NCBI GenBank assembly: GCA_050951325.1
Contig: JBMNIW010000003.1
Coordinates: forward strand, 96,001 to 160,000
DNA length: 64,000 nucleotides
Reading direction: 5' to 3'
Source of the DNA: Clostridia bacterium
GTDB taxonomy: Bacteria > Bacillota > Clostridia > UBA1212 > DUPL01
Shown in pieces: positions 27,432-39,603 of the stretch. A program made the position numbers and the translations under genes. The notes below the pieces were generated by a model that did not search any database, was not told the origin of the DNA, and saw nothing but the letters and a program-made list of their open reading frames with translations. How positions within the stretch are numbered: the first letter of the stretch is position 1; each line of letters opens with the position of its first letter.

Positions 27432-27874
27432 CCCTTGCCAAGAGAGTGGAAGATCTTCTTTATTCTTACTATCGTGCCTTTGTTGACTGCCGACTCCACG
27501 TCGAGTTCATCCGAAAAGGATTCCATGATTGTGAAACCCATGCCGGATCTTTCGTTTTCCGGATCCGTAGTGTACAATGGCTTTCTTGCAAGCTGAACAT
27601 CAGCTATTCCGCAGCCTTGATCAACCACAGTGACCACAATGTAGTTTTCGTACAGCTCACATATCATCTCTATTTCCTTGGAGCTGTCCAGTTTGTAACC
27701 ATGGATTATGCAGTTGGTTACGGCCTCACTGACCGCGGTACGCAAATCGGAGATTTCCTCAAGGGTTGGATCCAGTTGTGCAGCCATAGAGGAAGCTAGT
27801 ATTCTCGCCAAAGACTCGTTTTCACTTTTAGCAGGAAAAACAACTCTCATGTAATTTGTTCTATCCATTGTCAT
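27428..27874 (-). CDS. spoIIAB: Anti-sigmaF kinase
   Basis: SENESLAR, TAVSEAVTNCIIHGY, ERSGMGFTIME. Confidence 0.96.
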   Translation of the reverse strand: MTMDRTNYMRVVFPAKSENESLARILASSMAAQLDPTLEEISDLRTAVSEAVTNCIIHGYKLDSSKEIEMICELYENYIVVTVVDQGCGIADVQLARKPLYTTDPENERSGMGFTIMESFSDELDVESAVNKGTIVRIKKIFHSLGKG

Positions 27875-28215
27875 ACCCCACATTCCTTCAAAGATTTGCA
27901 TTTATGTATATAATTGAACACACCAGCCATCTCAAGAATTTTCATGACATGTTTGAAATAGCTTGTCTTGCCTTCAGTTAGAAACCAGGTGGTGCCTCCC
28001 AAATGGGAGACTGTACGATACCTGCCCATCAGAACGCCAATGCCTGCACTGTCCATAAATGTCAGTTCTGTAAAATCGAATACCACATCCTTGACTAGAG
28101 TTCTTAGTATTTCCCTATCAATCCTCCGTCTGAGCTCGTCCGCACAATGATGATCAAGTTCACCAGTTACTTTCAATATTAGTAAATTGCCTTTTCTTTT
28201 CATTTCAAGTTCCAT
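27871..28215 (-). CDS. spoIIAA: Anti-anti-sigmaF
   Basis: GELDHH, FMDSAGIGVLMGRY. Confidence 0.96.
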   Translation of the reverse strand: MELEMKRKGNLLILKVTGELDHHCADELRRRIDREILRTLVKDVVFDFTELTFMDSAGIGVLMGRYRTVSHLGGTTWFLTEGKTSYFKHVMKILEMAGVFNYIHKCKSLKECGV

Positions 28216-28354
28216 GGCTCACCCTCCTTGATATTCTGTACATATATTCTATATTATTTCCCAAAATATTACCCTGTTTTGGGAAATAATTTGAAAAAGA
28301 CCCGTCGAATACAAAAGGGTGCAGCCTTGAAAACGATCATGTTTTCTTGGGAAA

Positions 28355-29191
28355 TCACATGTCTTTTTCATCAATTTTGTTTGCAATTTCGATTATTCTG
28401 TTCAGCCTGTGGGCAGTGCCCGCCTTGCTTATTGGTGGGTTTAGAAGCTTGCCCAGCTCCTTCAAATCAAGCTCGGGATTCTCAATCCTTGCCATGGCAG
28501 TATCAAGCAGATGCTTTGGCAGTGTGCCAAGCATGTTTTTCTCCTCCAAAAGCCTTATGGCCTGTATCTGTCTGTAAGCTGCATCACTGGCCTTTTGCAG
28601 ATTTGCATTGTCGCAGTTTACCGCCCTGTTTGTGTTGTTCCTTATCTCCCTTATGATAAGCGCATTTTCAAACTCCATAACCGCCTTGTAAGCGCCAATC
28701 AGGGTAAGAAAATCCGATGCGGTTTCAGAATGCTTCATATATATGACGTATCTTTCTTTCCGCATCATTGTCTTTATATCCAGTTTGTAGTATTCAAGAA
28801 TGGTTTTGCAGATTTCGTATGGAAGACTTGACCTGAAACTCATCTCCACATGGGTAGCCTTGTCAATATCATTGGTCCGTCCCGAGGTTATGTAGCAGCC
28901 TCGTACAAAAGCTTTCATGCAGCACTCATCCATGGGCTCAGGCTTGTATGAAAAATGTGGCAGGATGATTGTGTACACATCACTCTTCTTCATTTTCTCC
29001 AAATCAAGCTCAAGATTGTGATACTTCTTTACAAGAAATCCTAGTCTTTCCGCATACAAAGAACTTTTTGTTTTTATCTTGTTTCCTGAAAGAGTCAAAC
29101 GGATAGCCGCATATTCGCAGAATATGCAGCAGTCCGTGTTTACTTCCAAGACATACAATTCATCCTTCACCCTCATTTGAAAAGTAGACAT
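28355..29191 (-). CDS. whiA: DNA-binding protein WhiA
   Basis: AFVRGCY LAGLIDADG-derived region, NRAVNCDNANLQK, LKELG..LNPPISK HTH. Confidence 0.88.
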   Translation of the reverse strand: MSTFQMRVKDELYVLEVNTDCCIFCEYAAIRLTLSGNKIKTKSSLYAERLGFLVKKYHNLELDLEKMKKSDVYTIILPHFSYKPEPMDECCMKAFVRGCYITSGRTNDIDKATHVEMSFRSSLPYEICKTILEYYKLDIKTMMRKERYVIYMKHSETASDFLTLIGAYKAVMEFENALIIREIRNNTNRAVNCDNANLQKASDAAYRQIQAIRLLEEKNMLGTLPKHLLDTAMARIENPELDLKELGKLLNPPISKAGTAHRLNRIIEIANKIDEKDM

Positions 29192-29209
29192 GTGATCACT
29201 TGCTTTCCT

Positions 29210-31243
29210 TTATTTCAAAAACGGTGTAATCTCACCTTGATAGAACACTCTAAGTTCATGCATTGCCCTTGTGCAGGCCGTATACAGCATCTGCCGGTCG
29301 CTCTTGTCGTAGTATTCGTCCTTTGATGCATTCCAAATGGCAACACAGTCAAACTCAAGGCCTTTTGCAAGATAAACAGGAAGTATTTTCACCGCATACT
29401 TGGCGTCAAGCTTCAAATTAACCTCTTTTGCAGACTTCATTGACTTGCAGAGTACTGCAATATTCATGTATCCCTTTTCATACATATCGACAACAAATTT
29501 TGCAACTTCCTCATTCATTTTGTCCTTGCCTGTGCGAACCACCTCCGGTACATTGCCGCTTCTTATGCTGTGCTCTTCTTTTTTGTTTATAATGTGCGAG
29601 GCAAACTCTATAATCTCATTTGTCGACCTGTAATTGGTTGTAAGCTCATATTTTCTAAAGGGTCTTCTTTGTATTATGTCCCTTATATCATCCACAAAGT
29701 TGCCGGTGTTTTCAAATACAAGCTGTTTCCTGTCACCCACAAACAGCATGTTGCAGTGAGGGAACCTGCGTTTAATTAGTTCGAGAAATACAGGCGCAAA
29801 ATCCTGAGCTTCGTCCGCCAAAAGATAAAAAAGTGTGGGTTCAAACTCAAACTTGTACATAAGGGCGCTCATAAGCCCTATTGCACATATATCTTCCCAC
29901 AGAAGGGTTTTTGGTGCATACTTTTCGAGATTGACTCCCACCTCGTCAAAAAACTTCCTGTCCTGGTACATCCTGTAATACAAGGTTTCCACTGAATGGC
30001 AGGTGATCATGCTGTCAAGTCCCTCTTTTATATGCTCCTTGATTTCAAAGGACTTGATTTTTCTCATCTCGGCTACTCTTTCCGCAACGAGAGCTGTTCT
30101 TTCATAAACCGCCTCTGACCTGAACTCATCATAGAAGAGTTCCTCCAAAGTCTCCTTGTCAATATATTCTGTAAGCTCATCATCAAGGTAAAGGTCTTCC
30201 GGAACAAAAAGACTTTTCTCCACATGCTTTACATACTTCTTGACAATCTCTGAAAAATCTCTCGTGCACTTGAAGGCTGAGATTTTTCTTAGTCTTGTCA
30301 TCTCGGTTTTATTGGCAGAAAGAATGTACTCCTGGGATTCAAGCCTTCCGAGATAATGCGTGCCTGCAGAATAAAACAAAAAGTCGCCCACTATTTCCTC
30401 TGGCGATATCTGATTTATATTTTCTTCTCCCAAATCAGGTAAAACACTTGAAATGTACTCCGCAAACACCTTGTTCGGGGAAATGATTGCCAGCTGCTGG
30501 TTTCTAAGCCTATCCCTGAAGTGGTACAGCACATATGCAGCCTTATGAAGAGCAATGGATGATTTGCCGCTGCCAGGGCATCCCTGTATAACACTTACAC
30601 CTTCTATATAATCCCTGATTATCCGGTTCTGCTCCTTCTGCAAAGTCTGCACAATAACCTTCATCTTCTCGTCAGAGTTTCTGCTCAACACCTCATACAG
30701 AAACTCGTCATCCGAAGGCATGTGTATGTCAGTGAATTTTTCAAGTTTGCCGTTCTTGAATACATATCTTCTTTTAAGATGCAGAAGACCGTGAATTTCA
30801 CCCATCGGCGCCTTGTATGAAGCATTTCCGGGTTCGTGCTCGTAGTACAGGGAAGCTATTGGAGCCCTCCAGTCGTAAATAATTATGTTGTCTGTTTCCG
30901 GATCCTTGACTGTATGAATACCAATATAGAACTTGTCAACGGGATGTGAAACTTCCTGAAAATCAAACCTGGCAAAATATGGTTCTTTAAGCTGTCTGCC
31001 AAGTTTTGCAAGAACATTCAGCGTGGATTCATACATTCTCGTATCTTGGGCTTCCGCCTTGAGCAGATCCATCTTCTCATCATCTTTAAGCTCGTAAAAA
31101 TAATCTATGAAATATGTCCTATCCTTGACTATATCCTTGCGCTGTTTCTTAAGATAAGACAACTCTTCATCAACAAGCTTCTTAATAACATTTATGGTCA
31201 TCTCCGCATATTCAAGCTCTTTTCTTTTCTCTTCAGTATACAT
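29210..31243 (-). CDS. helD: HelD-family RNA polymerase recycling ATPase (SF1-like)
   Basis: PYFARFDF, IYDWRAPIASLYY, GCPGSGKS, DEAQD, NYRST, AKGLEFD, YTACTRAMH; start reset to ATG 31243. Confidence 0.8.
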   Translation of the reverse strand: MYTEEKRKELEYAEMTINVIKKLVDEELSYLKKQRKDIVKDRTYFIDYFYELKDDEKMDLLKAEAQDTRMYESTLNVLAKLGRQLKEPYFARFDFQEVSHPVDKFYIGIHTVKDPETDNIIIYDWRAPIASLYYEHEPGNASYKAPMGEIHGLLHLKRRYVFKNGKLEKFTDIHMPSDDEFLYEVLSRNSDEKMKVIVQTLQKEQNRIIRDYIEGVSVIQGCPGSGKSSIALHKAAYVLYHFRDRLRNQQLAIISPNKVFAEYISSVLPDLGEENINQISPEEIVGDFLFYSAGTHYLGRLESQEYILSANKTEMTRLRKISAFKCTRDFSEIVKKYVKHVEKSLFVPEDLYLDDELTEYIDKETLEELFYDEFRSEAVYERTALVAERVAEMRKIKSFEIKEHIKEGLDSMITCHSVETLYYRMYQDRKFFDEVGVNLEKYAPKTLLWEDICAIGLMSALMYKFEFEPTLFYLLADEAQDFAPVFLELIKRRFPHCNMLFVGDRKQLVFENTGNFVDDIRDIIQRRPFRKYELTTNYRSTNEIIEFASHIINKKEEHSIRSGNVPEVVRTGKDKMNEEVAKFVVDMYEKGYMNIAVLCKSMKSAKEVNLKLDAKYAVKILPVYLAKGLEFDCVAIWNASKDEYYDKSDRQMLYTACTRAMHELRVFYQGEITPFLK

Positions 31244-31247
31244 TCTT

Positions 31248-32435
31248 TCAACTCCTGTAGCTGCCATTTATTTTCACATAATCGTATGAAAAATCACATG
31301 TCCACATAATGGATTTTTCACTACCTAGGTTAAGGTCCACCAGAATCTTAAATTCGTCCTGTTTCAGTATTCCAATGGCAATGTCTTCATCAAATTCCAA
31401 AGCGACGCCGTTTTTACATACCGCAAGCCCTCCTATATATATATCTATTCTGTTAGGCTCAAAATAGGCCTTTGAATAGCCTGCTGCGGTAATAATTCTG
31501 CCCCAGTTTGCATCTTCACCAAAGAAAGCGGTCTTGCACAAAGGAGATTTTGCAATTGCGGAGGTTATAAGGTCGGCATCCTCTTTTGATTTAGCATTAA
31601 CAACCTCAATCTCCACAAGTTTTGTAGCTCCCTCGCCATCCTTGGCAATAGCTTTGGCAAGATTCAGGCAAACCTCATAAAGGGCCTGCTCAAAAAGAAT
31701 GTATTCACTTCCATCTTCTTCTATGCATTCGTTACCAGCCATTTGGCTAGCCATCACAAGGCACATGTCGCAAACAGAAGTATCTCCGTCAACAGATACT
31801 CTGTTAAAAGTCTTGTTAACGACATTGGATAATGCCTTGTCTAGCATTTTCTTTGAAATATTTGCATCAGTAGTAATAATGGATATCATAGTGGCCATGT
31901 TGGGATGAATCATCCCGCTGCCTTTTGCCATACCGCCAATTCTGACGGTTTTTCCTCCTATGACGGTCTCCTTCTCATACAACTTCGGTACCGTGTCCGT
32001 GGTCATGATTGCCTCCATGGCATCATGTCCGCCTATGTATGACAACTCATCAAAAGCCTTGTCGATTCCCTTCCTTATCAACTCCACATTCAATGGCACA
32101 CCAATGACACCCGTGGATCCAATAAGAACGGTTTCCTTGTCAACATTCAGTTTTTGTGCCAGATATTCGGTAATTAACTGGGCATCGTCGTACCCTCTCT
32201 GTCCAACACAGGCATTGGCACATCCGCTGTTTACTACCACTGCATTAACATATGGACTAGTTTCCATTCTCTCCATTGTAAGCTGAAGAGAGTGTCCCTT
32301 GACAATATTTGTAGTATACACTCCGGCACATACACAAGGACTATCTGAAATAACAACGGCAAGATCCTTCCTGCCGTTTTTCTTCAGCCCACATGCAACA
32401 CCGGAGGCTTTAAATCCCCTGGCAAACGTTACCAT
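31248..32435 (-). CDS. argJ: Ornithine acetyltransferase
   Basis: NSGCANAC, STGVIG, IMTTDT, AKGSGMIHPNMATM, DGEGATK, NWGRI, INGSYRS. Confidence 0.96.
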   Translation of the reverse strand: MVTFARGFKASGVACGLKKNGRKDLAVVISDSPCVCAGVYTTNIVKGHSLQLTMERMETSPYVNAVVVNSGCANACVGQRGYDDAQLITEYLAQKLNVDKETVLIGSTGVIGVPLNVELIRKGIDKAFDELSYIGGHDAMEAIMTTDTVPKLYEKETVIGGKTVRIGGMAKGSGMIHPNMATMISIITTDANISKKMLDKALSNVVNKTFNRVSVDGDTSVCDMCLVMASQMAGNECIEEDGSEYILFEQALYEVCLNLAKAIAKDGEGATKLVEIEVVNAKSKEDADLITSAIAKSPLCKTAFFGEDANWGRIITAAGYSKAYFEPNRIDIYIGGLAVCKNGVALEFDEDIAIGILKQDEFKILVDLNLGSEKSIMWTCDFSYDYVKINGSYRS

Positions 32436-32445
32436 TTACTCCTCC

Positions 32446-34791
32446 TTAATTACAAGTTAATACTACTTTGTCATCCACCACATCAGCATTTACGACACAA
32501 CCCGGTTTCAGAACACCTCTGAGATACATCTCTGACAGTTCATCCTCAATGGTTTTCTGAATCAGTCTTCTCAAAGGTCTTGCACCGTACTTGTCATCGT
32601 AGCCATGTTTTACAAGATAGTCTATTACATCGTCTCCTATAACAAGCTTTATGTTTCTGCTTTCACAATTACCTATAACTTCAGCAAGCATCAGCCATGC
32701 AATCCTATACAGTGAATCCTTGTCAAGTTTGTTGAACACAACAACATCGTCGACACGGTTCAAAAACTCCGGTCTGAATATCTTCTTCAGGGCATCGTGA
32801 GCCTTGTCTTCTATTGCTTCCTGCTCATTAGCCACAAATCCCATTTGAGCACTCTTCAAGGAAGTGCCTGCATTGGAAGTCATTATGATTACAGTGTTTT
32901 CAAAATTCACAGTTCTGCCCTGGCTGTCGGTAAGCCTTCCGTCATCCAGTATCTGAAGCAGCATGTTGAAAACATCCTCGTGGGCCTTCTCAATCTCATC
33001 AAGAAGTATTACAGAGTAAGGTCTTCTCCTGATCTTCTCCGTAAACTGACCGGCTTCATCATATCCGATATATCCTGGAGGAGAACCTATGAGTTTTGAA
33101 ACTGTATGCTTTTCCATATACTCGGACATGTCAAGCCTTACCAAGGCATCCAGGTTTCCAAACAGAAGCAGGGTAAGCTGCTTTGCAAGTTCCGTCTTTC
33201 CAACGCCTGTTGGTCCTACAAATATGAAGGAGGAGGGCTTGAATCGCTTCCTGAATCCGGAACGGTTTCTTCTAATGGCTTTTGCACAGGCTTCTACCGC
33301 CTTATCCTGTCCGATGACTTTTTGCTTGAGCCTTTTCTCCAGATTCAAAAGTTTCTCCGCTTCCTCTTCGGATATGGTCTGAACAGGTATTCCGGTCCAG
33401 TTCTCTATAACTCTTGCTATGTCATCGAACTCAAGGTTGATATATGCTTTCTTGTAAAGCTCTTCCAACCGCTGATTTATGACAGACTCCCTTGCCTTGA
33501 GCTCTGCCACCTGCTTGTACTTAAGCTCTTCCTCTTCTCTTGTTTTGGTATCGATTTCTGACAGTTCAAGCTGCTCTTTTTTGTTTTCTTGTAATTCAGC
33601 TTCCAGTCTGCCAATCTCCAGCAAGACATCATTGCGCAGATTCGCCCTTGACGCAGCCTCGTCAATAACGTCAATAGCCTTGTCAGGCAAAAACCTGTCA
33701 GTGATATATCTCTCAGCCATATAAACCGCATCTTCAATCAGACTGTCGGATATTTTAACCTTGTGGTAGTATTCGTAATACTTGCGTATTCCCTTCAAGA
33801 TCTCAATGGTTTCTTCAGCCGTTGATTCCTCAACGAAAACAGGCTGGAACCTTCTCTCAAGAGCACCGTCCTTTTCTATACGTTTTCTGTACTCATCAAG
33901 AGTTGTGGTACCTATGACCTGTATCTCTCCCCTTGAGAGGGCGGGTTTTAATATATTCGCTGCATTGAGAGAGCCTTCTGCCTCGCCTACACCCATAATG
34001 TTATGAATCTCATCTATTACAAGTATTATGTCCTGGTCACTCTTTACCTCATCAAGAACACCTTTCATGCGGGCTTCGAACTGGCCTCTGAACTGAGTGC
34101 CTGCAATCATGGCGGTCAGATCAAGCTGATACAGTTTTACCTTGCTGAGCTTGACAGGCACATCGCCATTGACTATCCTCAATGCCAGACCCTCTGCTAT
34201 GGCGGTTTTTCCCACACCAGGCTCGCCCAGCAGAACCGGGTTGTTTTTTGTCCTTCTATTAAGTATCTGAATTACCCTTTCAATCTCCTTCTCTCTGCCA
34301 ACAACTGCATCGATATCGCCTCTTTTGGCCTTCTCATTCAAATTTGTGGCATAGGTGGTCAAGTATTTAAGGTTTTTCTCATCTGTCTTCTTTGCTTTTT
34401 TGGTTTCTTTGCCAGTCTTCTTGTCTTTATCACTTTCACTTGGTTCGTATGGCTGAATCTCCCTGTTGGCACTAAAAAAATTAACCCTGTTCTTGAATAA
34501 ATTAAAAACGTCGGGAACTCCGCCTTTGTTATCTATACCTTCCAAAAGAGGACCATCTTCACCCTCTCCCTGCATGGAAGTCATCATTTCAGTCATTTCA
34601 TCAGTCAATGTCTCTATTTCATCATCGGCTATCCCCATCTTTGAGAAAAAATGGTCTACCTGAGGTATATGCAGTTCCTTTGCACATACCAGACACAGTC
34701 CCTCATTGATCTGGTTGCCGTTAATGTCAACTTTGGATATGAAAACTGTTGCTATTCGCTTCTTGCAGTTTACGCACATGCTGTTTTTCAT
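32446..34791 (-). CDS. ClpE/ClpC-type AAA+ unfoldase with N-terminal CxxC...CxxC finger
   Basis: CVNC...CLVC; two NBDs ([16 protein letters not shown]); coiled-coil M domain; QMGF ClpP-docking-like loop. Confidence 0.9.
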   Translation of the reverse strand: MKNSMCVNCKKRIATVFISKVDINGNQINEGLCLVCAKELHIPQVDHFFSKMGIADDEIETLTDEMTEMMTSMQGEGEDGPLLEGIDNKGGVPDVFNLFKNRVNFFSANREIQPYEPSESDKDKKTGKETKKAKKTDEKNLKYLTTYATNLNEKAKRGDIDAVVGREKEIERVIQILNRRTKNNPVLLGEPGVGKTAIAEGLALRIVNGDVPVKLSKVKLYQLDLTAMIAGTQFRGQFEARMKGVLDEVKSDQDIILVIDEIHNIMGVGEAEGSLNAANILKPALSRGEIQVIGTTTLDEYRKRIEKDGALERRFQPVFVEESTAEETIEILKGIRKYYEYYHKVKISDSLIEDAVYMAERYITDRFLPDKAIDVIDEAASRANLRNDVLLEIGRLEAELQENKKEQLELSEIDTKTREEEELKYKQVAELKARESVINQRLEELYKKAYINLEFDDIARVIENWTGIPVQTISEEEAEKLLNLEKRLKQKVIGQDKAVEACAKAIRRNRSGFRKRFKPSSFIFVGPTGVGKTELAKQLTLLLFGNLDALVRLDMSEYMEKHTVSKLIGSPPGYIGYDEAGQFTEKIRRRPYSVILLDEIEKAHEDVFNMLLQILDDGRLTDSQGRTVNFENTVIIMTSNAGTSLKSAQMGFVANEQEAIEDKAHDALKKIFRPEFLNRVDDVVVFNKLDKDSLYRIAWLMLAEVIGNCESRNIKLVIGDDVIDYLVKHGYDDKYGARPLRRLIQKTIEDELSEMYLRGVLKPGCVVNADVVDDKVVLTCN

Positions 34792-37600
34792 TTTTTAACA
34801 CCTTCTTTAAAAATTGTCCAGTATACGATTGGGCACATTCCGCAACCTGCTCAGGAGTTCCAGTACATACAATACGTCCTCCCTTTTCTCCACCTTCAGG
34901 TCCCAGATCTATGATATGGTCGGCGCACTTTATTACATCCAGATTGTGTTCTATGACCAAAACGGTGTTTCCGCCATCAGTCAACCTCTGTAGTATTTCT
35001 ATTAATCTTCTTACATCATCCGAATGAAGACCTGTTGTAGGTTCATCCAGAATATATAGTGTTTTACCTGTACTGGTTTTTGAAAGCTCCGTTGCCAGTT
35101 TGACTCTCTGAGCTTCTCCACCGGACAATGTAGTGGATGGCTGGCCTAACCTTATGTATCCCAGACCAACCTCGTTAAGGGTTGCAAGTTTCTTTGCTAT
35201 ACGTGGAATATCCGTAAAAAACTCGCAAGCTTCCTCCACTGTCATATCCAGTATGTCTGCAATATTCTTGTTCTTGTATTTAACTTCAAGCGTCTCCCTG
35301 TTATATCTCTTGCCCTTGCACACCTCGCAAGGAACATAAACATCAGGCAGAAAATGCATTTCAATCTTTAATATTCCATCACCAGAGCAGGCATCACACC
35401 GTCCGCCTTTTACATTAAAACTAAACCTTCCAGCTTTGTAACCTCTTGCCCGACTGTCGGGAGTCTGGGCAAACAACTGCCTAATCAAGTCGAATGTACC
35501 GGTATATGTTGCAGGATTCGATCTCGGTGTTCTCCCTATTGGAGACTGATCGATGTTTATTACCTTATCCAGATATTCTATACCCTCTATATCTTTATAT
35601 GCACCACCTCTTGTTTTTGCACCGTTTAATTTTGATGCAAGAACCTTGTAAATTATCTCATTTACAAGAGAACTCTTTCCTGAGCCTGACACTCCTGTTA
35701 CACAGGTAAAGGTTCCTAGAGGGATGCTTACATCGATATTCTTAAGATTATTCTCGCTGGCACCTATCACTTTCAATATTTTGCCATTGCTTTTTCTTCT
35801 AATCTCAGGAATATCAATCTTCATTTTACCTGAAAGGTATAGGCCTGTCAAAGAATTTTCGTTAGCCATGATCTCCTCAGGCGTACCTTCAGCGACCACA
35901 TAACCACCGGTAGAACCCGCACCAGGACCAATATCTATTATATGATCGGCGCTTCTCATTGTATCCTCGTCGTGTTCCACCACAATAAGGGTGTTGCCCA
36001 AATCCCTCAAATGCATCAATGTCTTTATAAGTTTGTCATTGTCCCTTTGGTGAAGACCAATACTTGGCTCGTCAAGGATGTACAATACACCTGTCAGGCC
36101 AGAACCTATTTGGGTTGCCAGCCTGATTCTCTGAGCCTCGCCACCAGACAGAGTGCCGCTGGAACGTGCAAGGGTCAGGTAATCAAGTCCTACGCTAATA
36201 AGAAACCCGATTCTTGCCTTTATCTCCTTAAGTATCGGAGCGGCAATCATACTCTCCGATTCCGATAGCTCAATCCTGTCAAGCAAGTCACTGACATCAC
36301 CTATGGGCAGATTTGTAAGCTTCGTTATATTCATGTCACCGACTGTAAAGGCAAGGCTTTCTTTTCTTAGCCTTTCCCCTTTGCATTCAGGACAGGTTAT
36401 GTTGCTCATAAAACCCTCGTAATACTGTTTCATTGTTTCACTGGTGGTTTCCTTGTACCTGCGCTCGACAATATTCACAATGCCATCAAACCGTGCAGTA
36501 TATGAACCACCATCATATTTAAATAGAATTTTCTCATTCCCGCTACCATATAGAATAACATTCTGTATCTTTTTTGGCAACTCGTTGAAAGGAGTATCAA
36601 GACTGAATCCGTAATGCTTTGCAATTGACTGCATTATCTGATAAGTATAACTGTATCCGTTTTCCACATTCCAACCTGAAATGACAATGGCTCCGTCAGC
36701 CAGACTGATTGTCTTGTCGGGAATGAGCATGTCCGGATCTATTCTCAGCAGGTATCCAAGACCAGTACATTCAGGACATGCGCCAAAGGGATTGTTGAAG
36801 GAGAACATTCTGGGCGACATCTCGGGAAGAGATATACCGCAGTCAATGCATGCAAAGTTCTGGCTGAACATGATTTGCTCCTGTCCGACAATATCTATCA
36901 ATGCAAGACCCGATGCCAGATTAAGAACCGTCTCAAGAGAATCGGCAAGTCTTCTTTCTATTCCTTCCCTTACCACAAGCCTGTCCACAATAACTTCAAT
37001 ATTGTGCTTCTTGTTCTTGTCAAGTTCTATGTCCTCTGTAAGGTCATACCTAATGCCATCCGCATTTACCCTTGCATAGCCGCTCTTGGCTAGGCTTTCA
37101 AAGAGCTTCTTGAACTCACCCTTCTTGCCCCTTACCACCGGCGCCAGAAGCTGGATTCTTGTTCCTTCTGGCAACTTCATAATACTATCCACCATCTGAT
37201 CCACGGTCTGCGATGATATGGGTTTTCCACAGTCCGGACAGTGGGGCTTTCCTATTCTGGCATACAAAAGCCTTAAATAGTCATATATCTCGGTAACTGT
37301 ACCCACAGTGGATCGGGGGTTTCTGCTGGTAGTCTTCTGGTCAATTGAAATAGCAGGAGACAAACCCTCAATACTGTCCACATCGGGTTTCTCCATTTGT
37401 CCCAGAAACATCCTTGCATAAGAAGACAACGACTCTATATATCTTCTCTGTCCTTCAGCATATATCGTATCAAAGGCAAGGGATGACTTGCCGGAACCGG
37501 AAAGTCCGGTCAAAACAACGAATTTGTTTCTGGGTATTGTTACATCTATGTTTTTAAGGTTGTTTTCTCTTGCACCTTTAATAACTATCTTTTCTATCAT
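34727..37600 (-). CDS. uvrA: Excinuclease ABC subunit A
   Basis: [18 protein letters not shown], two LSGGEAQR signatures, zinc fingers. Confidence 0.99.
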   Translation of the reverse strand: MIEKIVIKGARENNLKNIDVTIPRNKFVVLTGLSGSGKSSLAFDTIYAEGQRRYIESLSSYARMFLGQMEKPDVDSIEGLSPAISIDQKTTSRNPRSTVGTVTEIYDYLRLLYARIGKPHCPDCGKPISSQTVDQMVDSIMKLPEGTRIQLLAPVVRGKKGEFKKLFESLAKSGYARVNADGIRYDLTEDIELDKNKKHNIEVIVDRLVVREGIERRLADSLETVLNLASGLALIDIVGQEQIMFSQNFACIDCGISLPEMSPRMFSFNNPFGACPECTGLGYLLRIDPDMLIPDKTISLADGAIVISGWNVENGYSYTYQIMQSIAKHYGFSLDTPFNELPKKIQNVILYGSGNEKILFKYDGGSYTARFDGIVNIVERRYKETTSETMKQYYEGFMSNITCPECKGERLRKESLAFTVGDMNITKLTNLPIGDVSDLLDRIELSESESMIAAPILKEIKARIGFLISVGLDYLTLARSSGTLSGGEAQRIRLATQIGSGLTGVLYILDEPSIGLHQRDNDKLIKTLMHLRDLGNTLIVVEHDEDTMRSADHIIDIGPGAGSTGGYVVAEGTPEEIMANENSLTGLYLSGKMKIDIPEIRRKSNGKILKVIGASENNLKNIDVSIPLGTFTCVTGVSGSGKSSLVNEIIYKVLASKLNGAKTRGGAYKDIEGIEYLDKVINIDQSPIGRTPRSNPATYTGTFDLIRQLFAQTPDSRARGYKAGRFSFNVKGGRCDACSGDGILKIEMHFLPDVYVPCEVCKGKRYNRETLEVKYKNKNIADILDMTVEEACEFFTDIPRIAKKLATLNEVGLGYIRLGQPSTTLSGGEAQRVKLATELSKTSTGKTLYILDEPTTGLHSDDVRRLIEILQRLTDGGNTVLVIEHNLDVIKCADHIIDLGPEGGEKGGRIVCTGTPEQVAECAQSYTGQFLKKVLKNEKQHVRKLQEANSNSFHIQS

Positions 37601-37614
37601 ATATGTTCATCTTC

Positions 37615-39603
37615 CTAACTCATTACTGCTTTAATCTTCTTAATCATGTCTCTTAGTTTTGCCGCTTCCTCATACCTTAGTTCCGCAGCAGCTTCAATCA
37701 TCTTGTTTGTCAGTGTTTCAACAAGTTCATCCACCGGCAGGGCCTGTTCATCCTCGTCAAGAACAGATCCGAGAGTCAGAGCCTTTTCTTCCTCCTCATC
37801 CATCTTCTTTGTAGACTCAATTATGTCCCTGATGCTCTTTCTGACTGTTACTGGAACAATCCCATGCTCTTCATTGTATTCCATCTGAATTCTTCTTCTT
37901 CTGTTTGTCTCGTCTATAGCGTATTTCATTGCTTCGGTTATTGAGTCCGCATACATAAGGACTCTGCCATTCACATTTCTCGCAGCCCTTCCAATCGTCT
38001 GGATTAAGGAAGTCTCGCTCCTAAGGAATCCTGTCTTATCCGCATCCAATATGGCTACCAAAGACACCTCGGGCAGGTCAAGACCTTCCCTCAGGAGGTT
38101 AATTCCAACAAGAACGTCAAACTCGCCCTTTCTTAGGTCCCGTATAATTTCCATTCTCTCTATAGTATGAACATCGGAATGCAAGTACTTGACCTTGATA
38201 TCCATTACCGCAAGATACTCGGTTAGGCTTTCTGCAAGCCTTTTTGTAAGTGTCGTCACAAGCACCCTTTCGTTTCTTCCAACAGTTGTCCTTATCTCAT
38301 TTATCAAATCATCAATCTGTCCATCCACAGGACGTACGATAATCTCAGGATCCACAAGACCCGTAGGCCTGATTATCTGCTCTACAACCTGTACTGATCT
38401 CTCCCTTTCATAATCACCAGGCGTTGCACTTACGTATATTATCTGGTTGATTCTGTCCTCGAACTCTTCAAAGGTAAGAGGTCTGTTATCATATGCGGAT
38501 GGAAGTCTGAATCCAAATTCCACAAGTGAGGTTTTTCTTGCCCTGTCACCATTGTACATTGCCCTTATCTGGGGTAATGTGGCGTGGGACTCGTCAATTA
38601 CCATGAGAAAATCGTCCGGGAAGTAGTCTATGAGGGTATGGGGAGGGCTTCCCGGCTCTCTTCCGGAAAGATGTCTCGAGTAGTTCTCTATGCCCTGACA
38701 GTACCCAATCTCCTTCATCATCTCAATATCGTAATTGGTCCTCTGCTCGATCCTGTAGGCTTCAACCAGTTTTTCCTGGTTATTAAAGTACTGTATTCTC
38801 TCTTTTAATTCCTCCCGTATTGATTCTATTGCCATCAGTCTTTTCTGATGGGTTGTGGCATAGTGAGATGCAGGGAAGATTGCCACATGATTCCTAACAC
38901 CATATATCTCACCAGTCAAAGCATCTATTTCAGAAATCCTGTCAATTTCATCACCAAAGAACTCAATCCTTATGAGCCTGTTATTAAGGTCCGACGGGAT
39001 AATTTCAATAATATCTCCCCGGACCCTGAAAGTGTTTCTCTTGAAATCAAAATCATTTCTCTCATACTGTATGTCAACAAGCTTTTCTATTATCTCATCC
39101 CTGTCACGAATCATGCCAGGCCTTAAAGAAAGCATTAGGTTTACATAATCGTCAGGGTCTCCCAGACCGTATATGCAGGAGACACTGGCTACAATAATGA
39201 CGTCCCTTCTTTCAAAAAGAGCCGACGTGGCAGAGTGCCTGAGCCTGTCTATCTCCTCGTTTATCTGGGCGTCTTTTTCAATATATGTGTCGCTGGATGG
39301 AAGATAGGCTTCAGGACGGTAATAATCATAATAGCTCACAAAGTATTCCACACAATTGTCAGGGAAGAATTCCCTGAATTCAGAACACAATTGTGCGGCC
39401 AAGGTCTTGTTGTGAGCTATGACTAAAGTAGGCTTTTGAACTGCTTCAATGACTTTTGCAATTGTAAAGGTTTTGCCGGAACCGGTTACTCCCAGCAATG
39501 TCTGGTGTACATTGCCGTTTATGATGCCATTTGCAAGAGCATCAATAGCCTTTGGTTGATCTCCTGCAGGATTGTATTCCGACACCATCTTGAATTTGTC
39601 CAT
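37615..39603 (-). CDS. uvrB: Excinuclease ABC subunit B
   Basis: [13 protein letters not shown] hairpin, [16 protein letters not shown]-terminal UVR domain. Confidence 0.99.
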   Translation of the reverse strand: MDKFKMVSEYNPAGDQPKAIDALANGIINGNVHQTLLGVTGSGKTFTIAKVIEAVQKPTLVIAHNKTLAAQLCSEFREFFPDNCVEYFVSYYDYYRPEAYLPSSDTYIEKDAQINEEIDRLRHSATSALFERRDVIIVASVSCIYGLGDPDDYVNLMLSLRPGMIRDRDEIIEKLVDIQYERNDFDFKRNTFRVRGDIIEIIPSDLNNRLIRIEFFGDEIDRISEIDALTGEIYGVRNHVAIFPASHYATTHQKRLMAIESIREELKERIQYFNNQEKLVEAYRIEQRTNYDIEMMKEIGYCQGIENYSRHLSGREPGSPPHTLIDYFPDDFLMVIDESHATLPQIRAMYNGDRARKTSLVEFGFRLPSAYDNRPLTFEEFEDRINQIIYVSATPGDYERERSVQVVEQIIRPTGLVDPEIIVRPVDGQIDDLINEIRTTVGRNERVLVTTLTKRLAESLTEYLAVMDIKVKYLHSDVHTIERMEIIRDLRKGEFDVLVGINLLREGLDLPEVSLVAILDADKTGFLRSETSLIQTIGRAARNVNGRVLMYADSITEAMKYAIDETNRRRRIQMEYNEEHGIVPVTVRKSIRDIIESTKKMDEEEEKALTLGSVLDEDEQALPVDELVETLTNKMIEAAAELRYEEAAKLRDMIKKIKAVMS

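Noticed and set aside
28220-28300. sigmaH promoter for spoIIA
   Set aside because: GAAT -10 candidates exist but the nearest AGGA-like -35 elements are 22 nt away; expected biologically but not locatable
29210-37600. Helicase/ATPase cluster as an anti-phage defence island
   Set aside because: Each protein matches a housekeeping family; no nuclease effector or mobility genes seen
37597-37610. TGAACATATATGAT (minus) overlapping the uvrA start, resembling a second SOS box
   Set aside because: Only one good half-site and no promoter seen in the 14-bp gap; possibly vestigial
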